Shown here: piece after piece, positions 20,012 through 29,481 of the stretch
How the letters are laid out: the number at the start of each line of letters is the position of its first letter
Position numbering within the stretch: position 1 is the first letter of the stretch
DNA from: an uncultured Burkholderiaceae bacterium
GTDB taxonomy: Bacteria > Pseudomonadota > Gammaproteobacteria > Burkholderiales > Burkholderiaceae_A
DNA: 39,401 bases
Reading direction: 5' to 3'
NCBI GenBank assembly: GCA_964470595.1
Contig: CAYYDO010000003.1
Location: 4,459 to 43,859, forward strand
Translations under genes and position numbers: made by a program
Notes under the pieces: generated by a model
What the model was told of the DNA's origin: nothing
The model's input: the letters and a program-made list of their open reading frames with translations, nothing else
The model's database searches: none

Positions 20012-20887
20012 TCATGTGCCTCTCGCACCGGCATGCAGGGCAGCAATGGCATCGTCATATGCCTTGCGGATTCGCCGGTAGATTGGCCCCGGCTTGCCGG
20101 CATGTGCCGGCGAGCCGACCGGGCGAAGGTCCATGCGAACGATGGGAAGAACCTCCTTGGTTGCGGATGTCAGCAGCAACTCGTCGGCCTGACTGATTTC
20201 TGCCTGTCGAATTCTCCGGATCTGCACCGGAATGCCGAGACGCTCGGCCACCTCTTCCATCAGTCCGTAACGGACGCCCTCGAGCACCAGATGATTCTTG
20301 AGCGGAGCGCACAGGGTGTCGTCCTTGACCATCCAGATATTCGACGCAGCCCCCTCGGTGAGGAAACCGTCACGAAACAGGATGGCGGCTTGTCGTGCAA
20401 GTACGTTGCCCAGAAGGGCGGTTGATTTGATATCGCAATGCAGCCAGCGCTCATCGGGCAGCGAAACGACGCTGAGCCCGGTCTCCCGTTGCTCATGACT
20501 TGGAGGTGTGAATGGCGTGGACATGGCGAAGACTGTCGGTTCGACCTCCGGGTTCGGGAATCCATGGTCCCGCTTGGCCACGCCCCGGGTGACCTGGATA
20601 TAGATGAATTGATCTTCACCCTCGTTGCGGTCGATGGTTTGCTGAAACAGCGCTGCCCACTGGTCATGATCGAAGGGTGAGCGAATGCGAATGGCAGACA
20701 GGCTGCGCTGCAGCCGTCGCAGATGGGACTCGAGACGGAATGGCCGCCTCGCGTAGGCTGGCACGACCTCGTAGATGCCATCGCCAAAAATGAAACCCCG
20801 ATCGAGAACGGAAATCCTGGCCTCGGACAGTGGCATCCAATGCCCGTTGAGGTACACCGTGGGGTTGCCCTGAATACCCTGAATCAT
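20012..20887 (-). CDS. Class IV PLP aminotransferase (D-amino-acid aminotransferase-like)
   Basis: DRGFIFGDGIYE, YIQVTRG, CDIKS (PLP lysine), TEGAASN, SATKEV; a short internal segment appears missing. Confidence 0.9.
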   Translation of the reverse strand: MIQGIQGNPTVYLNGHWMPLSEARISVLDRGFIFGDGIYEVVPAYARRPFRLESHLRRLQRSLSAIRIRSPFDHDQWAALFQQTIDRNEGEDQFIYIQVTRGVAKRDHGFPNPEVEPTVFAMSTPFTPPSHEQRETGLSVVSLPDERWLHCDIKSTALLGNVLARQAAILFRDGFLTEGAASNIWMVKDDTLCAPLKNHLVLEGVRYGLMEEVAERLGIPVQIRRIRQAEISQADELLLTSATKEVLPIVRMDLRPVGSPAHAGKPGPIYRRIRKAYDDAIAALHAGARGT

Positions 20888-20933
20888 GATGAGAAACCGT
20901 GTTGAAGTCAGAAGGGGAGATGATTGTGGGGCA

Positions 20934-22139
20934 TTACAGCGTCCTCCACCACATGCGAAGGGAGTCGATCGCCTTGCCCAGAAGGCCTGCGGGGCGAACC
21001 GCCTCTGCCGTCGTTACTGGAACCTGATGAATCTCTGCATCGCCGAGCCAGATGCGCAACTGTCCTACGGGTTGCTCAACAGTGACTGGTGCGAGGAGCG
21101 CCGTGGGCCGCTCGAGTTGTGTCCGGATGTTCTGGGCGCGACCGCGTGGAATCGCAACCAGAACATCCCGCGCAAAGTGAAGGCGTACATTCGGGACGGT
21201 TCCCTTGTAGACCGGGATGCTCTCCGTGGCTTCGTCCGCGTGAAAGAGCCGGATTACGTCGAATTGCTGGAACCCGAAGTTCAGCAGTTTCAGACCTTCC
21301 TGAGCACGCATCTCCTCGGTGGACGACCCGGCCATCACCGCAATCAGACGCCGCTGGATTCTCTCTCTCGTGCCCAGCGGCTGAGGCCGATGCGCGCTGA
21401 TGGCGATTCCGAACCCCTCGGTATCGCTGCGTCCGGTCATCAATCCGTCGACAGAGTTGTCGAGCCATAACAGCCGGTTTCGATTGACCTGCCGGATTCC
21501 GTTGTGGGTGATTTCGCGCCGGCTGAACTCGCGCAGGTGTTCGGGAAATTCGTTGATCAGGCTCGTCGACAGTCGGGTGATATCCGCCACGGTGCTGGTG
21601 TGATCAGGATGGGCGACGCCGGTGACATTGGCAAAGCGCGTTTTCTGCATGCCCAGTCGCTGTGCCGTTCGATTCATGTGGTCGATGAATGCCTGTTCGC
21701 TACCCGCAATGGCTTTGGCCAGTGCGATGGCGGCATCGTGTGCGCCGAGCGTCAGCATGCCTTGAAGTGCATCCGAGACGGCGACGTCCTGGCCCGGCAG
21801 GAGGAACATTCGGGATCCCTGCGGTACCTCGGCCTCGAGGGGTGCCGCCACACTCTGCTCGAGTCGCAGGCGACGGTCACGCAGTGCCGAGAAGGTGAGG
21901 TAGGCGGTCATGAGCTTGGTCAGCGAGGCTGGTGCAATTGGCTGGTCAGCATTCGCGCTGGCCAGGATCTGGCCGGTTGTCACATCACTCAGGGCCCATC
22001 TGGGTGTGTCGAGTTTGGGCGGAGTCGGCCAGGGCTGAGCCAGACCCGGTTTCGGTACGACGGCGAGAGACACCAGAAGCGGCAGAAGCAGTGCGAGCAG
22101 GCGCATGTGAAATGCCGTGGACCAGCAGGTGCGTGTCAT
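20934..22139 (-). CDS. D-Ala-D-Ala carboxypeptidase (PBP5/S11 family) homolog with degenerate catalytic motifs
   Basis: Signal peptide, PASLTKLMT, GSRMF, NRNRLLW, PBP5 C-terminal domain and amphipathic tail. SxN position reads GAH and KTG position reads MTG. ATGA overlap with upstream gene. Confidence 0.9.
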   Translation of the reverse strand: MTRTCWSTAFHMRLLALLLPLLVSLAVVPKPGLAQPWPTPPKLDTPRWALSDVTTGQILASANADQPIAPASLTKLMTAYLTFSALRDRRLRLEQSVAAPLEAEVPQGSRMFLLPGQDVAVSDALQGMLTLGAHDAAIALAKAIAGSEQAFIDHMNRTAQRLGMQKTRFANVTGVAHPDHTSTVADITRLSTSLINEFPEHLREFSRREITHNGIRQVNRNRLLWLDNSVDGLMTGRSDTEGFGIAISAHRPQPLGTRERIQRRLIAVMAGSSTEEMRAQEGLKLLNFGFQQFDVIRLFHADEATESIPVYKGTVPNVRLHFARDVLVAIPRGRAQNIRTQLERPTALLAPVTVEQPVGQLRIWLGDAEIHQVPVTTAEAVRPAGLLGKAIDSLRMWWRTL

Positions 22140-22804
22140 GCAGGTAACTGCCGGGCAATGCATTCCCTGAGAAAGGGCAATGTGCCGTGGAAGAAATGGC
22201 TGGCACCCGGAATCACGAGGACAGGATGGTGCTGGGGGCCGGCCCAATCGAGCACGCTCTTCAGACGGATCACCTCGTCGGCTTCGCCGTGGATAAGCCT
22301 GGCCGCGGGAGTCAGCGGAGCGGGCATGCGTCGGTCTTCGGAGATTCCCAGGCCCACCAGGATCACGCATTGCAGAGCCGGCTGACTGCCGGCAGTGTGA
22401 TGCTGCTCCCATTCGTGGGCGATGTGCGTGGCCATGACCGCGCCAAAGGAAAACCCACCCATCCACCTCTGCGGACCAGCGTCGGGGTAACGCGACAGGA
22501 GCCAGTCCCAGGCAGCCCAGAGGTCATCGACCTCCCCCCGACCGTGGTCGTGCTCGGATTCGCTGCGACCGACGCCGCGAAAGTTGGGCCGAAGACAGAT
22601 CATGCCCTCCGCGACAAATGCGCGCGCGATCGTCTGTGTGACCTTGTTGTCGAGGGTGCCCCCAAACAAGGGATGAGGGTGGGCCACGACCGAGAGTCCG
22701 CGGACGGGTTTGCCTGCCGGTGGCGCATCCAGTGCGGCTTCGATCGCACCTGCCGGGCCGGTAATGAGAAGTCGTTCAGTGGCGGAATTCACCTGGGGTG
22801 TCAT
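22136..22804 (-). CDS. Alpha/beta hydrolase
   Basis: HPHPLFGGTLDNKV, NFRGVG, GFSFG nucleophile elbow, HGEADE, HFFHG. Confidence 0.9.
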   Translation of the reverse strand: MTPQVNSATERLLITGPAGAIEAALDAPPAGKPVRGLSVVAHPHPLFGGTLDNKVTQTIARAFVAEGMICLRPNFRGVGRSESEHDHGRGEVDDLWAAWDWLLSRYPDAGPQRWMGGFSFGAVMATHIAHEWEQHHTAGSQPALQCVILVGLGISEDRRMPAPLTPAARLIHGEADEVIRLKSVLDWAGPQHHPVLVIPGASHFFHGTLPFLRECIARQLPA

Positions 22805-22891
22805 CCATCGTTTCTGGGTTGATGCGGCCGGTGGCAGCCGCACTGGCGGCCATGCCATCGGTGACGCCGCGGTGGCTGGGCCTTGTAACTT

Positions 22892-23200
22892 CTAGATCCG
22901 CAACCTTTCGACAGGATGGCCGGCGATGAGATGCTGATCGATGATGTCATCGATGTCCTTCTGGTCGACATACCGGTACCAGACCGCTTCAGGGTAGACC
23001 ACGATCACCGGGCCTTCATCGCACCGGTCAAGGCATCCCGCACGATTGATGCGGATACGGCCTGGTCCGTTGCGCTTGAGCGCCTTGATGCGCTCCTTGG
23101 CATAGGCCTGCATCTCGTTGGCTCCGCAGCCACTGCAGCACTGTGCCCCCTGCTCTCGCTCATTGACGCAGAAAAAGACGTGTTTTTCGAAGTAGGACAT
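22892..23200 (-). CDS. Thioredoxin-like [2Fe-2S] ferredoxin
   Basis: HVFFCVN...C...GCLDRCDEGPVIVVYPEAVWY. Confidence 0.92.
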   Translation of the reverse strand: MSYFEKHVFFCVNEREQGAQCCSGCGANEMQAYAKERIKALKRNGPGRIRINRAGCLDRCDEGPVIVVYPEAVWYRYVDQKDIDDIIDQHLIAGHPVERLRI

Positions 23201-23211
23201 GGGAGGCGATT

Positions 23212-24390
23212 CTATCCCGGTCCGATCGTCCGGGTGGGGGCGGATATGCCGCGCTCAATGGCCCTCACGGCACGCCGGGAGAGCGCGAGGCTGAGCCATC
23301 CAAGGGCTGCGAAGGGCCAGGCCGAGGCAGCGAAATTGGCCAGGGACTGCAGATTGAACCACCGGCCTTTGGACCAGGAGGCGAGGGTCTGCGCCGCATA
23401 GTCACTGTCCGGGAGCAGATTGGCCAGCGTCAGCGTCACACACAGCGCCGAGATGGCGACCACCCGCTGCTGGCTCGGGGTGGCTGCTGCAAGCCCATAG
23501 GCGCTCAGGATGCACAGAAGGATGCCTGCCTGTGTCCCGGCATTGAACCAGCCGAGCAGGGCTTCGGGGGAGAGCAGCATGAGGATCCACGCGGATCGCA
23601 CCAGCACGGTTGCTGCCACGACCAGCGCGAGGGTGTGGAGCCAGTGCCGGGGCTGATAGTCTGCCCACCATCGGGGCGTCGCCCCCAGAAGTGTCAGATG
23701 GCAGATCAGGGCACAGCTCAGAATGGCGGAGCATACGCAGAGCGCCTCGGCGAGGATACGCTGCGCGGCGAACATGTCCGCAGCCAGGCCAGCATCAGGG
23801 GTCTGGCTCAGCCCAGGCCAGATGACCATCGGTTGAAGCGCAGGGCGCAGCGCGATGTCGCCAAGCGCCAGCCACGTCTGCTGAGGCGCTGCCTGCGCCA
23901 GGACCCATATGGCCAGCAGCATGATGCTGCCGATTTCCACAGGGCGCGTCTCGCTGATGCGCAGACGGACCTGGTTCTGCGCGTGTGCGCTGGCAAAGAA
24001 CGCGCCGATACCTGTTCCTGCAAGATTGGCAGCGACGTCCAGCAACGATGGTCGCCGGGTTGGCAGATAGGTCTGCAAGGATTCCAGGATGACCGACAGC
24101 AGGAGTCCGCAGGCGAGCGCCATGACAAAGGCGATCAGACCCCTCCAGGTCAGGCTCTGCAGACGGTCGGCCACAGCCTGACAGATCAGCAGACCGAACG
24201 GGATGTAGGCAAGCACATTCACCAGAACGTCGAAACCGGTCCAGTATTTCGGCCAGGGACCTGCAAGGAATGCCCAGGGTGTCGTGGGAATGAACTGCCA
24301 GTCTCCGAGCGGTGAGAGCGACACGAGACTGATGCCGCCGCCGTACAAGAGGGCTGCGATCACCAGGGATGTGGCGCGTGTCACGCGCAT
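23212..24390 (-). CDS. VanZ-like family membrane protein
   Basis: DVLVNVLAYIPFG, ESLQTYLPTR, DVAANLAG; many TM helices; GGAG Shine-Dalgarno. Confidence 0.85.
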   Translation of the reverse strand: MRVTRATSLVIAALLYGGGISLVSLSPLGDWQFIPTTPWAFLAGPWPKYWTGFDVLVNVLAYIPFGLLICQAVADRLQSLTWRGLIAFVMALACGLLLSVILESLQTYLPTRRPSLLDVAANLAGTGIGAFFASAHAQNQVRLRISETRPVEIGSIMLLAIWVLAQAAPQQTWLALGDIALRPALQPMVIWPGLSQTPDAGLAADMFAAQRILAEALCVCSAILSCALICHLTLLGATPRWWADYQPRHWLHTLALVVAATVLVRSAWILMLLSPEALLGWFNAGTQAGILLCILSAYGLAAATPSQQRVVAISALCVTLTLANLLPDSDYAAQTLASWSKGRWFNLQSLANFAASAWPFAALGWLSLALSRRAVRAIERGISAPTRTIGPG

Positions 24391-24425
24391 GTCAAAACTC
24401 CGGTCATGCGTTTATGATGCCAAGA

Positions 24426-25220
24426 ATGTGGCCCTGCGAATGGATCGAGACTACGGAATCCACGCAGACGGAGGCCTTGCGCCGGCTGGGCCGGTCCGCT
24501 GGCGGTGCTTTCGCGCTCTGGACCACCCGTCAGACATCCGGCCTTGGCAGTCATGGGCGTCGTTGGCATGACAGTCCCGATGGCGGCCTCGCCGTATCCA
24601 TCGCTTTCCCGCAACCTCCCCGGGCAGAGGCGCTCTCTGTCTGGCCATTGAAGACCAGTCTTGCTGCAGTGCGTGCGATCGAGTCCTGCCACCCCCAGTT
24701 GCAGGGCCGGCTCGGGGTGAAATGGCCGAACGATGTCGTCGTCGCGGATGCCAAACTCGCCGGTGTTCTGGTGTCGCGTCAGCGATGTTCCGGGCAGTGG
24801 TGGCTGGTCGCCGGTATCGGCATCAATCTGCGATGGATGGATCCCCCTGATCTCGATCGACCCGTCACCGATCTCACCTCGCTTGGCATTTCGCATCCCC
24901 AGCCGGGTGCACTGGTCGATGCCCTCTGTCGGCTGATGGCGCGACTCTCGAGTCACGGATCCCTGCCGGAATGGTCCTCGGGATGGCGTGCGGAGTTCGC
25001 CGCCCGGGACATTTTCGCCGGCCGGCCCGTTCGTATCGTGCACCCGTTCGACGATCGCGAACTGGGGGTCGGTCGCAACTGTGGCGTCACAGACACGGGC
25101 GAACTCCTCCTCGACACGGGTCAGGGCCAGATTCGACAGCTGGCGGTAGGCGAGGTGTCCGTGCGCCAGGCGACCGGGACATCCGTGGGTTCCATCGGTG
25201 CAGCATCGGGACATCCATGA
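24426..25220 (+). CDS. birA: Biotin--[acetyl-CoA-carboxylase] ligase without an N-terminal HTH
   Basis: STQ, KWPND, KLAGVL, GIGINL, C-terminal GEVSVR. Start uncertain (24414, 24417 or 24426). Confidence 0.88.
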   Translation: MWPCEWIETTESTQTEALRRLGRSAGGAFALWTTRQTSGLGSHGRRWHDSPDGGLAVSIAFPQPPRAEALSVWPLKTSLAAVRAIESCHPQLQGRLGVKWPNDVVVADAKLAGVLVSRQRCSGQWWLVAGIGINLRWMDPPDLDRPVTDLTSLGISHPQPGALVDALCRLMARLSSHGSLPEWSSGWRAEFAARDIFAGRPVRIVHPFDDRELGVGRNCGVTDTGELLLDTGQGQIRQLAVGEVSVRQATGTSVGSIGAASGHP

Positions 25221-26131
25221 ATTGCGGCCTGCTCCTTCTCGACTCGGGAAACTCCTCGCTCAAGTGGCAGATGCTGCATGTCGATACGGCTCAGGCCGCG
25301 CTCTCGGGAGACCTCCTCGGGCAGATCGTGAGCCAACCCGTTCGTGCGGTCGCCAATGACCGTCTTTCGGTGGGGGGGCTGCTGGAAGCCTGGTCAGACC
25401 AGACCAGGATCGGGGCTGCGAGCGCTCCCGAGGACTGGCGCATGTCATGGCTCTCGGTGGGCCCGGCTGCCGCTCGGCGGGTGGTATCACAGGCCTGGCG
25501 TGCATGGACTGGCCGCCGCGTGCCGCAACCATGGACGCCGCAGAGGCTGCTGCATGTCCGCACTCCCGTGGGATTGCTGCGTCTGGTCAATGGCTACCGC
25601 ATGCCCGGCCAGCTGGGTGCCGACCGATGGCTGGCCAGCCTGGGTCTGGTGGCGGCGGGCATCCCCTCTGGGAGCAGAATCCAGATGATCGTCAGTGCCG
25701 GAACAGCCACCACGATCGATCTGATCCGTTTGACCGGCAGCGATTCTCCGGAGGCTGTCTTTCTGGGAGGCTGGATCTTGCCGGGTATCCGGCTCATGTC
25801 TCAGAGCCTGCGCTCGTCGACCCGTGATCTGGATCGTCTGATGGGCTCCATGAATTTCGGCCCGGATTCCTCTCGCATGTCGGCGGTGCCGTGCGATTCG
25901 GCCAGCGCGATTCACCAGGGCATTCTTCTTGCACAGGCCGGATGTGTCCATGAACTCGCCCGGCGGTATGGTGTCGGGACGATCTGGCTGCATGGTGGTC
26001 ATGCCGATGTCTGGCATGAGGGGCTGCGGTTCTGCGGGTCTCGAGCCGGCGGCAAACTGAAGGTGATGCACCAGCCCAGGCTTGTGTTTGCCGGGCTGGC
26101 CAGTCGGGCTCTGGCCTCGCGTCTTCCCTAG
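25217..26131 (+). CDS. coaX: Type III pantothenate kinase
   Basis: LLDSGNSSLKW, LGADRW, GTATTID, GGWILPG; ATGA overlap with birA. Confidence 0.88.
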   Translation: MNCGLLLLDSGNSSLKWQMLHVDTAQAALSGDLLGQIVSQPVRAVANDRLSVGGLLEAWSDQTRIGAASAPEDWRMSWLSVGPAAARRVVSQAWRAWTGRRVPQPWTPQRLLHVRTPVGLLRLVNGYRMPGQLGADRWLASLGLVAAGIPSGSRIQMIVSAGTATTIDLIRLTGSDSPEAVFLGGWILPGIRLMSQSLRSSTRDLDRLMGSMNFGPDSSRMSAVPCDSASAIHQGILLAQAGCVHELARRYGVGTIWLHGGHADVWHEGLRFCGSRAGGKLKVMHQPRLVFAGLASRALASRLP

Positions 26132-26616
26132 TCCAGAGAGGCGCGTATCCGCTGCAGCATGGCGGTGGTCGAGCGCTCATGTTCGAAGGCGATCGACAGG
26201 ACTTCACCACCGCGTTGCCTGACCCACTGGGCACCCACGATCCGGTCCACGGGCCAGTCACCTCCCTTCACCAGAACCTGGGGGCTGATGGCCTGGATCA
26301 GATGCAATGGCGTGTCCTCCGGGAACCAGGTCACCATGGATACGCTTTCGAGGGCGGCAATCACTGCCAGCCGATCTTCCAGCCGGTTGACCGGGCGGTC
26401 ACTGCCCTTGCCGAGTCGTCTCACCGATGCATCATCGTTCAGCGCCACGATCAGGGCTCCGCCGCTGGCGCGAGCCCGGGCGAGATAGGTGACATGTCCC
26501 CGGTGGAGAAGGTCGAACACACCGTTGGTAAACACCACCGGGCCCGTGAGTGTCGCAGCCACCCGTGGCGCATCGTCGGGCGCGACGATCTTCGATTCGA
26601 AGGCGGGGGCCTGCAT
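26128..26616 (-). CDS. rfaE2: D-glycero-beta-D-manno-heptose 1-phosphate adenylyltransferase (RfaE domain II)
   Basis: VFTNGVFDLLHRGH, LNDDASVRRLGKG, LVKGGDW, STT. Confidence 0.9.
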   Translation of the reverse strand: MQAPAFESKIVAPDDAPRVAATLTGPVVFTNGVFDLLHRGHVTYLARARASGGALIVALNDDASVRRLGKGSDRPVNRLEDRLAVIAALESVSMVTWFPEDTPLHLIQAISPQVLVKGGDWPVDRIVGAQWVRQRGGEVLSIAFEHERSTTAMLQRIRASLD

Positions 26617-26664
26617 CAGGCAGACGTCATGGGCATTGTGCCGAAGCCCGTGACATGTTGACAC

Positions 26665-27492
26665 TCACTGGGCGGGCAAGGACTTGCGAAAGCGATTGAG
26701 TTCCTGAACGCTCGCAAAGGGCTGGTTGAAGAGCAGCGAGAGGTTGTGCAGGATGCGTTCTGCAACCTTGCCCTCCCAGACCGCGTCGAAGCGGATCTGT
26801 TCATCAAGCCAGCGCTCGAGCCAGCCGGGTTCCGGGGTTCTGCTCTGCACCGTATCCTGTGGGAACAGGGACTGGTTGACGTGCAGGTTGGTGGGGTGGA
26901 GGGCCTGGGATGTGCGTCTTGCGCTCGCCATCAGAACGCCGATACGGGCAAATGCGGAGCGGGCTGCGTCTCCGGTGGTGATCAGTGCCTTCTTCATGTA
27001 ACGCAGATACGCCCCGCCATGACGGGCCTCGTCCTTGGCGATGATTTCATAGATCTGCCTGATTACCGGCTCGGTATGCCACTGGGCCGCACACCGATAC
27101 CAGTGATTGAGCCGAATCTCGCCGCAGAAATGCAGCATCAGCGTTTCAAGGGCCGGCGCGGGATCGAACTCGAACCGTATCGCGTGCAGTTCCTCTTCGG
27201 TGGGCATCAGATCGGGACGGAATCGCCGCAGGTATTCCATCAGCACCAGAGAGTGCTTCTGTTCCTCGTAGAACCAGATGGACATGAACGCGGAAAAATC
27301 GCTGTCATTGCGATTGTCACGAAGGAACATTTCGGTGGCTGGCAAGGCCGCCCACTCCGTGATGGCATTCATCTTGATGGTCTGTGCCTGCTCGTCGCTC
27401 AGCAAAGATGCATCGAATGCGTTCCAGTCGATGTCCTTTTCGAGATCCCAGCGGACCCGTTCGAATGCCCGGAACAATTCCGGGTACAGCAT
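26665..27492 (-). CDS. Ferritin-like diiron protein (acyl-ACP desaturase-like)
   Basis: Diiron ligand pattern E...EQKH...E...EARH. Start at 27492 or 27519; minus-strand TAGAAT at 27544-27549. Confidence 0.8.
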   Translation of the reverse strand: MLYPELFRAFERVRWDLEKDIDWNAFDASLLSDEQAQTIKMNAITEWAALPATEMFLRDNRNDSDFSAFMSIWFYEEQKHSLVLMEYLRRFRPDLMPTEEELHAIRFEFDPAPALETLMLHFCGEIRLNHWYRCAAQWHTEPVIRQIYEIIAKDEARHGGAYLRYMKKALITTGDAARSAFARIGVLMASARRTSQALHPTNLHVNQSLFPQDTVQSRTPEPGWLERWLDEQIRFDAVWEGKVAERILHNLSLLFNQPFASVQELNRFRKSLPAQ

Positions 27493-27546
27493 GTGGGAAG
27501 AAGAGAAGTGCGCGCGCATGGTGACCTTGATGCAAACCCGGGGATT

Positions 27547-28029
27547 CTAAGGGTAAGCCGGTCCTGCATGGCCAATTTTCCTGCGCAGCCACCGGATAAG
27601 TGTTCCGGCAACCGGTAATTCCTGCATCAGGAGGGACGCATCCCAGTAGTCGACATGTCGACCAATCAGGCCCCGGCGGTCGATTTCAAGGAGGCTGCAC
27701 CCATCGATCGCGTGCCGATGGCCGGCAGGCTTGAACGAGAACTCGAAACGCCAGGCGACGACGAACTGCTCCAGGCGATCGGCGTGCATGCTGCCCAGCA
27801 GGCGGATGTCCTTGAAGACTGGCATGTGCAGTTGCTTGAACATGTGCCGGTAAATCCCGGCGACTGCGGCTCGGCCACGAACCTCCTGAAAGGGATCACG
27901 AAACCCGCAGTCTTCCGCATAGAGGGCCGCCAGCTGGTGAACATTGTCAGCGGTGAGTCGTCCGGCCAGCGTCATGAAGGCATCGAGGTCGAACGCTGGC
28001 CGCACCCCGGGCGATTCGTCATCGGTCAT
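27547..28029 (-). CDS. SnoaL/NTF2-like protein
   Basis: LYAEDCGFRDPFQEVRG...HVDYWD; ATGA overlap with the SDR gene. Confidence 0.85.
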   Translation of the reverse strand: MTDDESPGVRPAFDLDAFMTLAGRLTADNVHQLAALYAEDCGFRDPFQEVRGRAAVAGIYRHMFKQLHMPVFKDIRLLGSMHADRLEQFVVAWRFEFSFKPAGHRHAIDGCSLLEIDRRGLIGRHVDYWDASLLMQELPVAGTLIRWLRRKIGHAGPAYP

Positions 28030-28826
28030 GGCGCCCCCCCGGGTTTGTCCGGCCGGGGCACGGTGCTGCGTATCAGTCGAAGATAGATCGCGTAGGGCAG
28101 GATGCGCAGGAATTTCAGCCAGATGGTGAAACGCCAGGGATAGTGGATCTCGAACCTTCCTTGCGCCAGACCCTTGAGGGTTGCCCGGGCAGCGCCCTCC
28201 GGTGTCAGGAGTGCAGGCATCCGGAATCGGTTGCGCCGTGTCAGGCGGGTGTCGACGAATCCCGGATTCACCACGCTGACGGCAATGCCGAGCGGGCGCA
28301 ACTCGAGATAGGCTGTCTCGGCCAGATAGGTCATGGCTGCCTTGCTTGCACCGTAGGCGCTGGCCAGAGGCAATCCGCTGTAGCCCGCCACGCTGGACAC
28401 CAGGACCCAGTGGCGGGTTCCCCCTGGGCTGGCCGTCCATCGGCGCACCAGAGCCGCCTGCCCGTGATAGGCAGCGAGGAGGTTGATGTCGAGCGTTTCC
28501 TCCACGAGGTCGATCCTCAGATCGGCGGCGCCCATGGGGTGATACACCCCCGCGAGCCAGATCACGACATCAGGCAGGCAGTCCGCCCGCGACATCCGCT
28601 CCAGGGCGTTCTCGATGTCCTCCGGCTGTCTCACATCACAGGGCAGGCTCATGTGCGGCGCGGGCGAGATGTCCTCGAGCGCCTGCGCGTTGCGTGCGCT
28701 CACGATGACCCGGGCTCCCAGCTGAATCAGCTCCTTCGCCAGGGCCAGACCGATGCCGGACGAAGCGCCGACCAGCCAGACCGATCGGCCGGACCAGTCG
28801 CGTATGGGCGGGTTGAGTGTGATCAT
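28026..28826 (-). CDS. Short-chain dehydrogenase/reductase
   Basis: GASSGIG, SSVAG, YGASK, NPGFVDT. Confidence 0.92.
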   Translation of the reverse strand: MITLNPPIRDWSGRSVWLVGASSGIGLALAKELIQLGARVIVSARNAQALEDISPAPHMSLPCDVRQPEDIENALERMSRADCLPDVVIWLAGVYHPMGAADLRIDLVEETLDINLLAAYHGQAALVRRWTASPGGTRHWVLVSSVAGYSGLPLASAYGASKAAMTYLAETAYLELRPLGIAVSVVNPGFVDTRLTRRNRFRMPALLTPEGAARATLKGLAQGRFEIHYPWRFTIWLKFLRILPYAIYLRLIRSTVPRPDKPGGAP

Positions 28827-28881
28827 GTGGTGAGCAGACGGATGTGGCAACGGCCTGGCTTCATGCCGGATGGCCTGGGTC

Positions 28882-29481
28882 TCATTTCGAGAAGGACAGC
28901 GTGACTTCGCCGAGTCGGATGCCCCATTTGCTGAAAACGGCGCGATTGAGCATCACCCGATCGTCGATCAGCAGCATCCAGTCGTCGAAATCCAGACCGA
29001 TGGTGCTCCCGCGAAAGGGAACATTCAGGGTGTAACGCCAGCGCAGCGCATTGCCGAACACCTCTCCCGTGGCCTCGCCTGCGACATCATCAGCACGACC
29101 GATGTATCGCCCAGGGCCGACCGATCTGATACGCCATACCCGGCGCTGCTTTTCCCCATCGGACCATTCGAAATGCTCATCCAGAACACCCTCGTCGCCG
29201 GTCCAGGATGCATCGATCGTCACGACGAAACGACGTTCCACCTGACCATTGCGACCCTGCACCATGCCCCATCCCGTGATCTTGCCGTTGAAGTAGGTTT
29301 TCAGGTCGAGCGCGGGCGTCTGACCCTTGTAGAGCGTCGGATCGGGGCCCGCGCAACCCGCCAGAAGGATGCTGGCAAGCAGCGTCACAAACAGCATCAG
29401 CGCGCGACGTCGCTGGTTCAGCCACTCTGTCCATGATGGAGCCGGCATCGTGGTGCGCGTGGTGGCAAGCAAGGTATTCAT
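28882..29481 (-). CDS. DUF3833 family lipoprotein
   Basis: Lipobox LAGC, LDLKTYFNG, RRFVV, FDDWM, NRAVFSKWG; ATGA overlap with the MFS gene. Confidence 0.88.
   Translation of the reverse strand: MNTLLATTRTTMPAPSWTEWLNQRRRALMLFVTLLASILLAGCAGPDPTLYKGQTPALDLKTYFNGKITGWGMVQGRNGQVERRFVVTIDASWTGDEGVLDEHFEWSDGEKQRRVWRIRSVGPGRYIGRADDVAGEATGEVFGNALRWRYTLNVPFRGSTIGLDFDDWMLLIDDRVMLNRAVFSKWGIRLGEVTLSFSK

Noticed and set aside
24374-24388. Perfect inverted repeat GCGCGTG-t-CACGCGC near birA, as a possible biotin operator
   Set aside because: GC-rich and inside the VanZ-like coding start, and this BirA lacks a DNA-binding domain.
23212-24390. VanZ next to a DD-carboxypeptidase as a glycopeptide-resistance locus
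   Set aside because: No vanHAX or vanRS genes; this is a housekeeping neighbourhood in a Gram-negative organism.
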